From Octopus vulgaris (lineage: Eukaryota), in the NCBI GenBank assembly GCA_951406725.2, contig OX597814.1:207762001-207826000 (forward strand): a stretch of 64,000 nucleotides of DNA, written 5' to 3'. Position numbers and translations under genes: made by a program. Of this stretch, positions 1 to 13,109 are shown one piece after another (the first letter of the stretch is position 1; each line of letters begins with the position of its first letter). The notes beneath the pieces were generated by a model, which searched no databases, was not told the origin of the DNA, and saw nothing but the letters and a program-made list of their open reading frames with translations.

Positions 1-239
1 ATACTGAATTAATCACAGGAACCATCCTCTTATAGCTTAATCATCGTCATCAGCTGCAGTCATTAATCAACACTTATGAAAAATCTTCGTTTATAGTAAA
101 CCAATTGTGGCAAATTTAATATTTTGTAATGACATGAAGAATATATCATTAACTCAGTTCTCACCCCACTTAATATTTATACCCCTATTGACTCTGTAGC
201 ATGTGTGTTGTTAGTCCCTTTTACTAGTTTCAGCTATTG

Positions 240-2372
240 CAGAGGTGGGCAGTTGTTTTGGCTCAGGAGCCACTTTGAGAGGGCCATGGTTAGCGGAGGG
301 CCACACCTTCTATAACTGATCATGTTCATTAGTTAACATTACATTTCATTTAATGCAAGGTGTAAATTACATAATAATAATAAATAAATATTACGGAGAT
401 GTACTTGCATAGCGAGTGACTTGAGATGCAGCACAAAGTTTCATCAGTGAACAGGTCACAGTCTCAAAGCGACGAAAATATTTTGACAAATTAAATTTAA
501 ATGTTGACGCGAATCTAATGGTTTTTGTGTGTTTCTTAAATGGCTTATAAACACCTTCCACGCTGCAATTGTTTAATAAATAAATAAAACTAAAACAATA
601 GTGGTACACAGAAAAGGTTTCATTAAATTTATTTCTGTGCAAATTACACATCAGCCAGCACAAGTAATTTAATGAGACAAATGTAACCTGTGACACTTAT
701 TCACAATTCTTTTGAAATCAGAAGTGAGGTTGCTTGTTGAGATCCTCATCACTACCTGCAAGTTTATGTCAGTCACAGAGGATCTATTTTTACTCTTGTT
801 GATTTTCATGCAAGAAAAACTTTGCCCACAAATATATGTGGGTCCAAAAATAGAAAACATTTTCCCAGCAATTTTGTTCACACATAGAAATTTGTCAGCT
901 GATAGACATTTATAAAATTCTGTCAATGTAACAGAATTAAACATTTCTTTCAGTGTGTGATCTGACTGTATGTCAATTTGTTCAAGCTGTACCTCCTCAG
1001 GTTTTGTATCAATATCAGCAGTGAAAGGATAAGAAAAATATTTAAATCAGGCTCAATTTTCTTAAGATCCTCAAATCTTCTTGTGACCTCATCCTCCTCC
1101 AAACTCAGCAAGTGTTCCCTAATCTTGGAAGAAACACTTGCAGGCACTTCCTGTTTTCTTAATAAAGGTAAATGACAAAACTTGCCCTCACTTGCTTGCC
1201 TTGCAAATAGACCTAGTATTGTTTTGAATTATCTCACATGCCTAAACATTTCATGTACAGACAACCCCTTTCCCTGCAATGTCACCTTCAATTCATTTAA
1301 TTTCTCAAACATATCAGCTGCAAACATTACCTCATTTCTCCACTCCTCACATCCCATTTTGGCCATAAAATCACACGAAGCCCCTTCATGTCCAGAAAGA
1401 GGAGGATTTCATTCTGTAATTCCCATTCCCAAACCCGTTTTAGCATTTTGCCCAGGCTCAACCACCAAACACTGTTGTGGTAAATCACATCTCCATACTC
1501 TGCCTCCATATCCTCAAGCAGAGATTTAAATTGTCATGGGTAGAGTGCCCTTGCTCTGAATGTGTTCACCATGCTCACTACAGGATCCACCACATGCTTT
1601 AGGTCCAGTGCAGCTTTACAGAGGCTTTCCTGATGCAAAATACAATGAAATGACAAGATATCACTATCTGAGTGTTCTGCTTTTAACTTGTTCACTAAAA
1701 GTTTAATCATACCCATATTGTTTCCAATAAATTCTCTGGCTCCATCTGTTGTAATACTCTATTATTTTATTATTCTATTATGGAATATTCTATTCCATGA
1801 CAAGGTACTTTTCTCCACACAATCCACAACACATTCAAACAAGTCCTAATCAGTGGGTGTATTTTTCATTGATTCCAAACTAAGTAGTTCTGCTGTGATG
1901 ATGAAATTTTCATCAATTCCACAGACACAGATAAGTAACTGTGCTGTGTCTTGGTTATCAGTGCTTTCATCTAGTGCCAAAGAAAACCAAACAAAATTTT
2001 TACTCACTGTTCAGCTGTTCTGTTAGTTCATCACAAATTATGTCCATATGCCACACCATAGTCCTTCTTGATAATGAAGTAGTTTCGAATTTGCTTCTTG
2101 CATCAGAGCACAGGACTCTTGCACAATCTACCAGGACTGCTCAACAAATTCACCATCATAAAATGGCTTGTTGTTTTTAGCGAGGTTGTATGCTACCATG
2201 AAATAAATATGGTCTGTTGCTTCTTCAGCTTTGTAAAACACTCTGCTGCAGCTTTTTTCCTGCGTTCTTCCTCAGACATTTCTCTACCAAACTCACCATG
2301 TTTTGTTTGGTGGTGTTGTTTCAAACTGTAATATTTGTATACAGCAACCGTCTCATAAATTACCCACCCCTG
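240..2372 (-). mobile_element. hAT DNA transposon (Charlie/SPIN/GTF2IRD2-like), decayed and internally deleted, with TIRs and 8-bp TSD
   Basis: Ends CAGAGGTGGGCAG (240) and TTACCCACCCCTG (2372) are inverted repeats. Flanks AGCTATTG (232-239) and ACCTATTG (2373-2380) match 7/8. Minus-strand fragments: ETVAVYKYYSLKQHHQTKH, SITTDGA, FHCILHQESLC, YHNSVWWLSLG, FGPTYICGQSFSCMKINKSKNRS (dimerisation domain). Confidence 0.9.
669..2360 (-). pseudogene. Frameshifted hAT transposase pseudogene
   Basis: ORF-track pieces 2193-2402, 1534-1716, 1327-1509, 950-1147 and 669-944 are collinear fragments of one transposase in different frames, with stops. Confidence 0.85.
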
Positions 2373-2954
2373 ACCTATTGGAATGTAGCCATGCTGACAC
2401 ACTGCCTTTTCAGGGTTTGGTCATTTATCAGTCATATCACCCCTCTGTACCTATTTCATTCTGGTATCTAATTTATCAATTGCTATTTAGCAAACTACTT
2501 AGTTACAGGACATAAATGGACACAAAATATACAACACAGGATTTTAGACTGGTGTAAACAAGAACACTGACACACATTTACAACAGGCTTCAGCACATTT
2601 TCTGTTTATCAAATTCCACTCATAAGTTATTGGCCAACTTAAGGCTGCAGTAGTAGAAAGCAATTTAGCTAAAGTGTCGTGCACTCATACAGAACCCTAA
2701 ACCATTATATGGCGAGGCAAAGTTTTGAATCCCATTGCCAAAATATGTAAATAAATAAAATATGTAATAAACAGAAATTTTTGTTTAAGTTTTGAAATTA
2801 TAAAAGGTGATAAATTGACAGAAGTGTTAGTGTCTTACGGTATTTGTTTTGGCACCATTACATTCAGTGTTCAAATTCAACCAAGGTCAACTTTGCCTTT
2901 CATCCTTCTCTGGTCATTAAAACAAGTATATGTTAAGTACTGGAGTTGATTTAA

Positions 2955-3175
2955 CCCTTTAGCACTCAGATTACTGTCAAATTTCATGCTTCACTTATTT
3001 ATTCACACTGGTTTAAATTAATCCTGCATTATCTCATAACTTAAAGATTTTGATGGTGTGACTTTATTTTTTGAAAGACATTGAAGGATAAGTGTGAGAA
3101 GCCAGATTTGGCTAATTTGAACATAAAACAGGTTGAATACTTGAGCCAAATATGGCCAGTCCAAATGTTAATGGG
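2955..3175. mobile_element. piggyBac-type MITE, family A
   Basis: TTAA|CCCTTTAGCA ... TGTTAATGGG|TCAA; reverse-complement homolog of 54525-54746. Confidence 0.7.
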
Positions 3176-4862
3176 TCAATCACCTGGTCTATGCCTACAA
3201 GCAATGAGCTAACATGGTAGGGTCCAATATCCCCATCCAACTGATTGGAGTACACTGCCATCACATCAGTATTATCTCTCAGTAACACCACATCATCATC
3301 ACCATCTCATCCACTTTTCCATGCTTGCATGGGTCAGACATAATATATCAAGACAGATTTTCTACAACTGGATACCTTTCTTATTGCCAAGCGTCACCTG
3401 TTTCCCAGCGAGGTAATATATTTCCTCATGGCCAAGCCTGTTTTTGCAAAATATTAGAAATGAACAACATTCATGTAAAACAGTCATACAATATCAAGAA
3501 CTGGAGACACAGGCACATACATAAACACTCACACAGACACATGTTTCTTTCAGTTTCTATCTATCAAATCCTTTCCAAGGCTTTGGTTGGCCCAGGACTG
3601 TAGTAAAAGACATTTGCCCAAGGTACCACACAATGGGACTGAACCCAAAACCTGTGATTGGGAAGCAAACTTCTTAACCTCACAGCCATGTCTGATTATA
3701 TTGCAAATACATTACACACATACACAATTTATTGTTCACTCAGATATACACATATAAGTGTGTGTGTGTGTACATATATCCCACCCATGTTAGCATGGAA
3801 TATGGACATTAGATAATGATGATGATATATATATGAATGAATGATAGGAAGTGCTCTAAAAATGGTAAAGCACAAGAAAAAAAGACGTTTGAATTGCAAA
3901 TTAATAGATCTAAGATGGTGTTTACAAACCAATATTGTGAGTCCGAACAGCTGAAATTGAAATATGAATTCGAGTTGATGAAATGAAAATAGGAGTGGGA
4001 GAGAATCTATTTAAAGACAGAAATGAAAATCTAAGTTAAATCATAATTCAATACTGAAAACAATTTGAATCAAATGAAAAATTATAATTAAATGAAAATA
4101 ACGAGAATAAAATTCTTTATTGATTCAGATTTAATTTGTTTTGAATTACAATTTAAGTTTAAATTTCAATTCTGTTTTTGTTTTTTTGTTTTTGTTTTGT
4201 TTTGTTTTGTTTGTTTTTGTATTCAGTCCTGCCCCCACTCCTATTTTAATTTCCTTAAATTATCACAGTATTGTCATTTGAAATTTCAAACAGAAAAACA
4301 AAATTAATAAAATGTAAAAAAGAAAGAAATAACTTAAAATTGAAATTTCTATCAGTGATCAGCTCACAAACACATATGGGTTTGGCTGTACAAACAAGTG
4401 AAAAATTATTTCATACATACAGAAGAATCTATTAATTTAGTCAAAGAAGGCAACAAACTGGCTAAATTGTTAGCAAGTCTGGACAAAATGCTAAGCAGCA
4501 GTTCATATATCCTTGCATTTTGAATTCATATTTCACTGAGTGCAGTTTTGACATTCATCATTTTGAAGTTGATGAAATAAGTACCAATTGAGCTCTGGGG
4601 CAATGTAATTGACTAACCCCACCATCTTTCAGAATTTCAGACCTTGTGCCTATAGTTGAAAGGATTAATTTAATCAAAGGTGAATGATTCACTCCCCTGC
4701 TATTTTGAGTTTTCTGTGCATTGGAGTTCAGATTGCCCTATGAATGGGAAAATTCAAACAACAGTGGATTAAACCATTTGCTTCAAATAAATGACAAGTG
4801 TGTTTGTGTACATACAACACACACATTTGCTATATGAAAACAAAAAAACAGTCACATCACTT

Positions 4863-5257
4863 TTGAAATGCTCCGATGGATGTGTAATGTCAGTGTGCAT
4901 ACTCGACAGAGTGTAAGTACCTTGAGAGAAAAGTTGGATCTAAGAAGCATCAGATGTGGTGTGCAAGAGAGACAACTGTGCTGGTATGGCCATGTGGTGA
5001 GAATGAATGAAGATAGTTGTGTTAAAAAGTGCCACACACTAGCAGTTGAGGGAACCTGTGGAAGAGATAGACCCAGGAAGACTTGGGATGAGGTGGTGAA
5101 GCCCGACCTTTGAGCATTAAGCCTCACCAAGGCAATGACTAGTGACCAAAACCTTTGGAAATATGCAGTGCGTGAGAAGACCCGGCAAGCCAAGTGAGAC
5201 CATTACCCGTGGCCTATGCCTAGGGTGTAACCAGTCCACTTATGCTTACCTTTCCTT

Positions 5258-5260
<3 letters not shown>
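4863..5260 (+). mobile_element. RTE-clade LINE 3' fragment (ORF C-terminus)
   Basis: MLRWMCNVS...LREKLDLRSIRCGVQERQLCWYGHVVRM...VEGTCGRDRPRKTWDEVV is the typical RTE C-terminus (WYGHV..R; GR.RPRKTW). Confidence 0.85.
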
Positions 5261-5288
<28 letters not shown>

Positions 5289-6194
5289 GTCAAGTTTTGC
5301 ATAGGAACTCTCTGACTTAGCCATGGCTGAAGAACCTAGATTAAAACTGCATCTGATCCCTGGAAAAGGATGAATTTTGTATTAAAAATTGTTTTGTTGA
5401 TTACATACTATTACATACATTCTACACCACAGAAATATCTATATAAATAATGTTTACATTTCTATTTCTTAGTTTAATATTTTTAATTAAACTTTTATGA
5501 TAAAGGCCTAATTACATGTTATTGTGTGCTTAATAAAGATTTATTTAATATACCTATGTTAGTTTACAGTAACTGTCCAGAGTATGTTGGTATCTGTGAG
5601 GTGATAAGTAGGGTTAGGCTTGAGAGGTATTGATTGAGGTAGTGCTGTTGGAGTGAGAGGTGTTGATTGCAGTAGTGGTGGACTACATTATCTAATGTGG
5701 CCTTTATTTGAGATGGGAGAGTGGGATTAAAGTGAAATTTAACTGCTATTTCTAGCAGATCTACCAATCACCTAGGCCAGATATTCCCAATGTGTGGCAT
5801 ACACCTCTGGGAAAATTGTGGTGGAGTGTAGAATCTTTTTATTTTTTTTTTTTTGTTTTTGTTTTTTTAGCAGGACATGGAATTGATATTTTTTTTGTCA
5901 CAGCAAGCATACTACACCTGTGTGCTTTTCCAATCACTGGTAGGGCATTCATTTTTCTGGAACATAATGGGGCCTGGGGTAAAATAGATAGGGAGACACT
6001 GATGTAGACTTTCTCTCATTGATTTCTACAAATACTGTTTTTAAAGCTAGTCTCCATTGTCATTGACTAGATTTGTGTATGAGGTGGAAGATGTTGGATT
6101 GTGGTGGTGGTGGAGGTCACTGGTGACAACAAAACCAGAATCATTTACAGACTAAATGATGTTCATAAGTTTTTCCATACATCATCCTGTGATG

Positions 6195-6530
6195 CACTAT
6201 GATCCATCGTTAATGATGTTTCCTGGGAGTCATTAAGTGTTTAAGGTCTTTCATCAGACACCTTCACCTAGGTGATCCAGCCAGTTTTTGTCCTGTTAGT
6301 ACTACCACAAGTAACACTGCTCCTTCTATGGTTCATATCTCCTGTCTACAGCCATCTGATAGCCTTCTCCTTACTGGCTCCAGCGATGTCAAGCTTGTTG
6401 TAAGCTCTTCGGAGGGATTGGCCTGCAAAACCCCTGTATCCCACTTTGATGGGCTCACACCTTGCTTCACACCCATTGCTTTGGAATCGATCCACCAGTT
6501 CAGTATATTTCCTTCCCTTGCTCTCTATTT
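6195..6530 (-). mobile_element. HERO-like (R2-group, restriction-like endonuclease) non-LTR retrotransposon 3' fragment
   Basis: Manual minus-strand translation (not in ORF track): KYTELVDRFQSNGCEARCEPIKVGYRGFAGQSLRRAYNKLDIAGASKEKAIRWL*, matching the HERO KY..L......GW..RC.PIEVGCRGF.GQSL motif. Followed by a 3' UTR resembling HERO (GGTGTCTGATGAAAGACC...ATGACTCCCAGGAAACATCA). Confidence 0.75.
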
Positions 6531-6609
6531 CTCACAAGTTTGTAAGGAGGAGTAGAGGAGTAATAGTCTGTGGTTGAATTGTATGACACACCTGCTACTA
6601 ATTTGTGAA

Positions 6610-7016
6610 AGGAACCTGTGGAAGGAGTAGACCCAGGAAGATGTGAGACGAAGTGGTGAGAAAGGATTTTTGGATGCTGGGCCTCACTGAGGATATAGCA
6701 AGAGATCAGGAGTTGTGGCAGTTTGTTGTATGTGAGAACATGCATCCTGCTAAGTAAAAACTCTGTCAACCATACATACAGGTTTGTCCTCTACAGGTAC
6801 CTGTGCAGTGTAAAATGCACTCATGCCAATGCTGTGTAAATGCATTCATGCAAGTCGCACGTAAAAAGCACCCAGCACACTTTGTAATATGGTTGGTGTT
6901 AGGAAAGGCATCTAGCTATAGAAACCTGGCCACAACAGACAATTGGAGCCCAGACAGCTCCATGTCAAATCATCCAACTCATACCAGCATGGAAAACGGA
7001 CATTAACTGATGATGA
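6610..7016 (+). mobile_element. Decayed RTE 3' end and 3' UTR with (GAT)n tail
   Basis: GGAACCTGTGGAAGGAGTAGACCCAGGAAGA is homologous to 5050-5085; ends AACGGACATTAACTGATGATGAT. Confidence 0.7.
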
Positions 7017-7354
7017 TTAGAGGATGAAAGGCAAAGTCACATATCTTGTTACATTCAACATATCTTGAATCCAGAACACTGATAGGGCGTGAAACTAAAT
7101 GCTACGTAGTATTGTATAACAAGATAATATTGACTTTTAATATCAGTACACAGTTGGAAATTTTAGGTGGGGAAACAACCAACTAAATTGAACCTAGTAT
7201 ATTGCTAGAATATTGGTTTCAAATTTTGGTACAAGGCCAGCAATTTCGGTGGAGGAGGTACACCAATTATATCAACCCCAATATTCAACTGGTACTTTAT
7301 TTTATCAACCCCAACAAAAGGATGAAAGGCAGAGTTGACTCTGATAGCATTTAA

Positions 7355-7557
7355 CCCTTTTGTTACCAACCCGGCTGAGTACAAAATTTCTTGTTTTCAT
7401 AAGTTTTGAATTAAAATCTTTCACCAAACATTAGTCACAATTTATGTTCCTAACACTAGCTGAATGATAACTAAGTTATTTTACTAAATTCTTTGTTATA
7501 TTCAAAGTAATTGAAAGAAACACAGAACATCACAAAATAAATACAGTAATGAAAGGG
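7355..7557. mobile_element. piggyBac-type MITE, family B
   Basis: TTAA|CCCTTTTGTTAC ... GTAATGAAAGGG|TTGA; direct homolog of 58880-59099. Confidence 0.8.
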
Positions 7558-7611
7558 TTGAGCTCAGAGTGTGAAGATGGATGCAAAGCTGCTAAACATT
7601 TTGCCCAGCAT

Positions 7612-7987
7612 ACTCTTTTACTCGTTTCAGTCATTTGACTGCAGCCATGCTGGAGCACTGCCTTTAATCGAGCAACTCAACCCTGGGACTTATTCTTTTG
7701 TAAGCCCAGTACTTATTCTATCGGTCTCTTTTGCCGAACCACTAAGTAACAGGGACATAAACACACCAGCATCAGTTGTCAAGCAATGCTAGGGGAACAA
7801 ACACACATATATATATATACATATATACGACAGGCTTCTTTCAGTTTCCGTCTACCAAATCCACTCACAAGGCTTTGGTCGGCCCGAGGCTATAGTAGAA
7901 GACACTTGCCCAAGGTGCCACGCAGTGGGACTGAACCCAGAACCATGTGGTTGGAAAACAAGCTACTTACCACACAGCCACTCCTGC
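7612..7987 (-). mobile_element. tRNA-derived SINE family 1
   Basis: Head with A-box TGGCTGTGTGG and B-box GGTTCAGTCCC, internal (TA/CA)n, (TAAAAGAG)n tail; more than 10 copies in the window. Confidence 0.85.
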
Positions 7988-8604
7988 TTAACCATTCTAC
8001 CAGCTCACCACCTTAGTATGTTACTAGAATATTATCAGTAGTCATTTCGTTAACTCAGGAAGGTAGAGCATGATTAAATACTAATACAAAAACATAGTTC
8101 CTCTTCTGCAAATACTTGGCTCTTTCAGTGTGATAATATTAATAAAATGAGTAAAATGATAAATTGAATTAAATTAAATGGTGAGCTCGTTTATAAAACA
8201 TCGGCTTAACTCTTCTGTGTGCAGGTACAAAAGGCTTGCTGTGACTGACAGTATGATTTATGTTCTAATGGGTGTCTGGTAAGAATTTTTCACTGCAGTG
8301 GAAGTTTCAGTTAATTATCTGTGTACAGGTATTTGCGGAGGAGAGTTCAAACATGTAAAGAGGTCACCACTGGTTGATGGGAGTAGAGTAGAGTAGGAAA
8401 GGAAGGCATGTTTGCCAGGGTACAGTTCGACCTACATTCCTTTTAAGGGAGAAGAATAAAGAAGTTAAAAGCCCTAGATGCAAAATAAATAAATAAAAGA
8501 TAAAACTGAAAGGAAACATTTTCAAACTATAGGAAGTGTTATGTTTGTCTCTGTGTGTGAGGGGAAAAGAAAGAGAATGTGTGTGTGTGTGTGTGTATCT
8601 ATCT

Positions 8605-8644
<40 letters not shown>

Positions 8645-8664
8645 AAACAAGTCAAAATAGAAAA

Positions 8665-8708
8665 TGCTAAAATAATTTTATAAAGAACATTTCAGTACCG
8701 GTTTCGGT

Positions 8709-8750
<42 letters not shown>

Positions 8751-9700
8751 GAATACCAAAAATGGGACAAGAACGCAAAATATCCAGACAGATGATACAA
8801 AAAAGGTACAACAAAATATCCATCCAGACAATACAAAAACAAAAAAAAACAAGGATGGGTCATTCGGAGTTTTCTTTCTTCAGTCGTGTGTTCCAAATTA
8901 TCGTTGCAATTTCAGCTGGTTATATTCGAGATTGCTCCAATCTGGCCAACCCCAAGGAAAAACTAAGCTAAGAGCACTAGATTCCTTGGAAGGAAGCAGT
9001 GAATGTATAGGAAAACAAGGATGGAAAAAACAGAGAAATGGTGCACAAATACAAATGCAAATAAGGGACATTAACCACAGGTGTCTTTCAATTAAGGACT
9101 AATTAAATTAAGCTGGCATGTGTTAAAGTGAAGCCTTACAGCAGGGACATAACAGATGACAGGCATAGGGAGGAATATAGATGTTGCACAAATGGTATTT
9201 GAACCAAGAAAGAAAGGTCAGGCTTGGCTGAACATCAGTTACATGAAGAGAGAGAGGTAGACGCTGAGGGATAGAAGAATTAGGGAGGGACGAGAAAAGA
9301 AAGAAAATGGACAGAGTGAAGTGAAAGAGGAGGGAAGGTGAAAATGAAGAGAAAGCCAAGAAATGTTAGAGAGGGGGAACGAAAGAAGTTTGAAGGGGCT
9401 GATGGAAAGAATGAAAGAATAATAGGCATACTATATATATATATATAAGAGACCAAAGTGTAAATATATATGTATATGTGTGTCTATATATATAATTTCA
9501 TCTTTGTATTTGGTTTGCAAGATTCTTTATATGAATTCGTGTGTTGAAGCATATTTTAATGTGCCTGGGGAGAGTCATTCTCTTTTAGTGCCATATTAAT
9601 TCAGCACACTCACCAGTCTGATTTCCACTCATTTACTTATTTACTTTTTCCTAAAATTTTCCTTGCATCTTGCAACCTTTTCAATAGTTGTTGACTCTGT
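8665..9700. repeat. Cluster of probable Penelope-like/non-autonomous repeats embedded in (TA)n
   Basis: Three sequence blocks separated by (TA)n tracts. 8691-8712 reads GACC-GAAAC-CGGTA on the minus strand, the 3' half of a minimal hammerhead with palindromic ACCGGT. Confidence 0.45.
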
Positions 9701-10469
9701 TATCGGAACTACATTCCTTTTTTTTTGTGTTTCTGCACATGCGTGTGTGTTAGTGTGTGTTAAACATACACACACACACACGCATTTGGGATCTGTAGAA
9801 GTTGCTTGAATTGAATGATGGTAATGTTTTCACTTTCATCATCATTTTAATAGCTACTCCATGCTTGCATAGATAGACGAAATTGCTGAGGCAGATTTTC
9901 TGTGGTCGGACGCACTTCATATCACCAACTTTCACCTGTTTCCAAATAAGGTAATATCTTCCCTAAGCCCTTTAAATAGAAAACAGAGGATTGTGAATCC
10001 ATAACACCATTTTGCATTGACTTTGTATTCAATGAATGCACAGATGTCAAGCCGATGGAATACACACTCATGCACATGATGGGGCTTCTTTTAGTTTCTA
10101 TGAAGCCCACTCACAAAGCTTTGTACAACCCAGACCTGTAGTAGAAGACATTTATCCAAGCTACCACATAGTGGGACTGAACTGAAAACCATGAGCTTGG
10201 AAGTGAGCTTCTTAACCACACTGACATGTATCATCACTATCATCATCATTTCATGTCCATCCTCCATGCTGGCATGAGTTGGGTGGTTTGACAGGAACCA
10301 GTGAACCAGAAGTCTGCATTGAACTCCAGTGTCTGCTTCGGCACACAATTTCTAATTGTTGAATGCTTTTCCTAACCACTTTACAGAGTGTACTGAGTGC
10401 TTTTTTTCATGGCACTGGTACTTGTGAGGTCACTAAGTAACTTGCAAGACAAGACCCCCTCAACTAAGT

Positions 10470-10860
10470 ATCATCATCATCATCATCATCATTATCATCG
10501 TTTAACGTTCGCTTTCCATGCTAGCATAGGTTGGACGATTTGACTGAGGACTGGTGAACCAGATGGCTGCACCAGGCTCCAATCTTGATCTAGCAGAGTT
10601 TCTACAGCTGGATGCCCTTCCTAATGCCAACCACTCCGAGAGTGTAGTGTGTGCTTTTACGTGCCACCGGCACAAGGGCCAGTCAGGCGGTACTGGCAAT
10701 GGCCAAGCTCAAATAGTGTTTTTTACATGCAACCTGCACAGGAGCCAGTCCAACGGCACTTGCAACGCAACAGCCTCGCTCAAATGTTTTTTCACATGCC
10801 ACCAGCACAAGTGCCAGTAAGGCGACGCTAGTAACAATCATGCAATAAGGCAATGCTGGT
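10470..10860 (-). mobile_element. RTE-LINE 3' UTR fragment with (GAT)n tail and ~60-bp internal tandem units
   Basis: (CAT)n-CGTTTAACGT...TTTCTACAGCTGGATGCCCTTCCTAA...; physically linked to the RTE ORF end in the 31563-32212 copy. Confidence 0.8.
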
Positions 10861-11384
10861 AACAGTGTAGTATTGAGGGAGGTGGCTTGGTGCTAGGTAT
10901 TGAGAGGTTAAACTATGATAGAGAGATAGGAACGGGTGTCTCACTGTAAAGGAGAACAGGGCTATCCCAGCTGAAAAGGAGAAAAGAGGTGGTGAACATG
11001 TATCCTCAAGGCACTCGGTGAATATTAGAGAGAATAAAGAAAGAGGAAGAGAAAATGTGGGTGAGAGGTAAGTTCAGAAGAGTGTGAAATGAAGATCAAG
11101 GTAGATACAGTGAATGGGGCATACAAACTGAGGCACAGTTAATGGTTACTGTCAGTTTGGAGTGGGAAGTGAAGGAATAGGAGGGAATCAGGAAGGAAAT
11201 TGGAATCAATCAATAGTGAACCAAGAGGCAAAAGTGGAAGTGCTAAGAGACTGTGATAAAGAGATGATGTGAAGCATAGGATAAATGATATAATTTACAA
11301 AGTAGTGCCATTATTAGAAGTGGTTAGAAGAATGGATATTAAAAGTGGAGTTACAAGGGAAAAGCTTCACAGGAGCTAATTTTT

Positions 11385-11610
11385 GCTGGGTCTTTTTAAG
11401 CACAGCACATCACCAATCATCTTGGTCCTTTGTCATCTCCTCTGTAAGGCTTGTGATCGGATTCCACTACTTCATCCCATCTCCTCATAGGTCTCCCTCT
11501 TCCATGGGTTCCATCCATGTTTAGAGACAGGCACTCCTTTATGCTGCTGTCCTCATCCATTTTCATTACATGACCATACTAACACAATCTTTTCTCTTTG
11601 CACGCCACAT
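11385..11610 (-). mobile_element. Decayed RTE ORF C-terminus fragment
   Basis: Reverse complement is homologous to 4960-5180 (GTATGGTCATGTAATGAAAATGGATGAGGACAGC...). Confidence 0.65.
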
Positions 11611-11690
11611 ATATTTACAGGTACAGTCTCTCTTCTCTCTCTTGATATATATATACATGCACATGTGTGTGTGTGTGTATATTTACAGTT

Positions 11691-11759
<69 letters not shown>

Positions 11760-11761
<2 letters not shown>

Positions 11762-11965
11762 TCTTTTACTTGTTTTAGTCATTTGACTGTGGCCATGCTG
11801 GAGCACCGCCTTTAGTCGAGCAAATCAAGCCCAGGACTTATTCTTTGTAAGCCTAGTACTTATTCTATCGGTCTCTTTTGCCGAACCGCTAAGTGACGGG
11901 GACGTAAACACACCAGCATTGGTTGTCAAGCAATGCTAGAGGGACAAACACAGACACACAAACTT

Positions 11966-11996
<31 letters not shown>

Positions 11997-12024
11997 CATA
12001 CATATATACGACCGGCTTCTTTCA
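11760..12024 (-). mobile_element. SINE family 1, 5'-truncated
   Basis: Tail and body match other copies; stops abruptly after GGCTTCTTTCA. Confidence 0.85.
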
Positions 12025-12049
12025 TTCTTTTGTTGTCTTACCATTTTTA

Positions 12050-12082
12050 TCAATATATATATATATATATATATATAGGTAG

Positions 12083-12123
<41 letters not shown>

Positions 12124-12166
12124 GGCAGATATATAGATAGATAGATAAATAGATAGATAGATAGGC

Positions 12167-12203
<37 letters not shown>

Positions 12204-12238
12204 GGTAGATATATATAGATAGATAGATAGAAAGGCAG

Positions 12239-12280
<42 letters not shown>
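12050..12280. repeat. Compound (TA)n/(GATA)n/(GA)n microsatellite
   Basis: Directly visible. Confidence 0.95.
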
Positions 12281-12895
12281 GTGTATGTGCTTGTGCATAT
12301 ATATCAACTGTATCTATAATTCAAAAGTCCAGTGCCAGGCTTGTCACATGTTGGCTGTCGGTGTGTGTCTGAGGAATCTGCTAAAGGGTTCATATTTGGA
12401 ACAATATTCTGCTATGTACATACACTACGACTGAATGGGTGTGTGGTTGCATCGATCAGGCCAGGCGGCTGGACCACTCCTGATCGAGAAGTGTGTGGTG
12501 GACGATCCATTTTAGTCATTCTCACATGTGTCTCTGATTTCATTCTTCGGCTGCTGCTAACTCAACTAGTACCACATGATTTCATCTTTTTTTTTTTTTT
12601 ACTAACAGTCATTGCTGTTGACAAATCTGTTTTTCCCTGCTACTGAATACCAATAAATGATGGCACTACTAAGAACAGGAAAAAGAATTGATTGATTTCA
12701 TGGGTGGTGGTGGTGGTGGGGTGGTGAGGGGGTGGGGCAGTGAGAGAGAGGGAGAGGGAGGGAGGCGGAAGATTGGGAGTGTAACAGGATAAGTGATTGT
12801 GCCTTGGGAGGAGTGAAGAAGAGGATAGGAGAGCAGAGGAAGGGGGGGGGGATGATGATGAGGTGGGTGAGAAGGGGTGTAGGAGCTGAGGAAGG

Positions 12896-12931
<36 letters not shown>

Positions 12932-13016
12932 GACAGAGATAGTAAGAGAAAGAGAAAGGCAAAGTGGGAAAACAGTGAGGGAAATTTTGGAAGAGACATG
13001 GGAGTTTGTGTGTGTG

Positions 13017-13059
<43 letters not shown>

Positions 13060-13071
13060 GCACACGCACGT

Positions 13072-13109
<38 letters not shown>

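Larger units (their letters stand above)
7211..8014 (-). mobile_element. SINE family 2 copy split by a nested MITE and a nested SINE family 1 copy
   Basis: SINE2 pieces at ~7211-7350, 7560-7611 and 7988-8014 are collinear once the inserts are removed. Confidence 0.75.

Noticed and set aside
10554-10820. Recurrent ORF motif FLQLDALPNANHS at several loci, suggesting a small gene family
   Set aside because: Antisense translation of the multicopy RTE 3' UTR.
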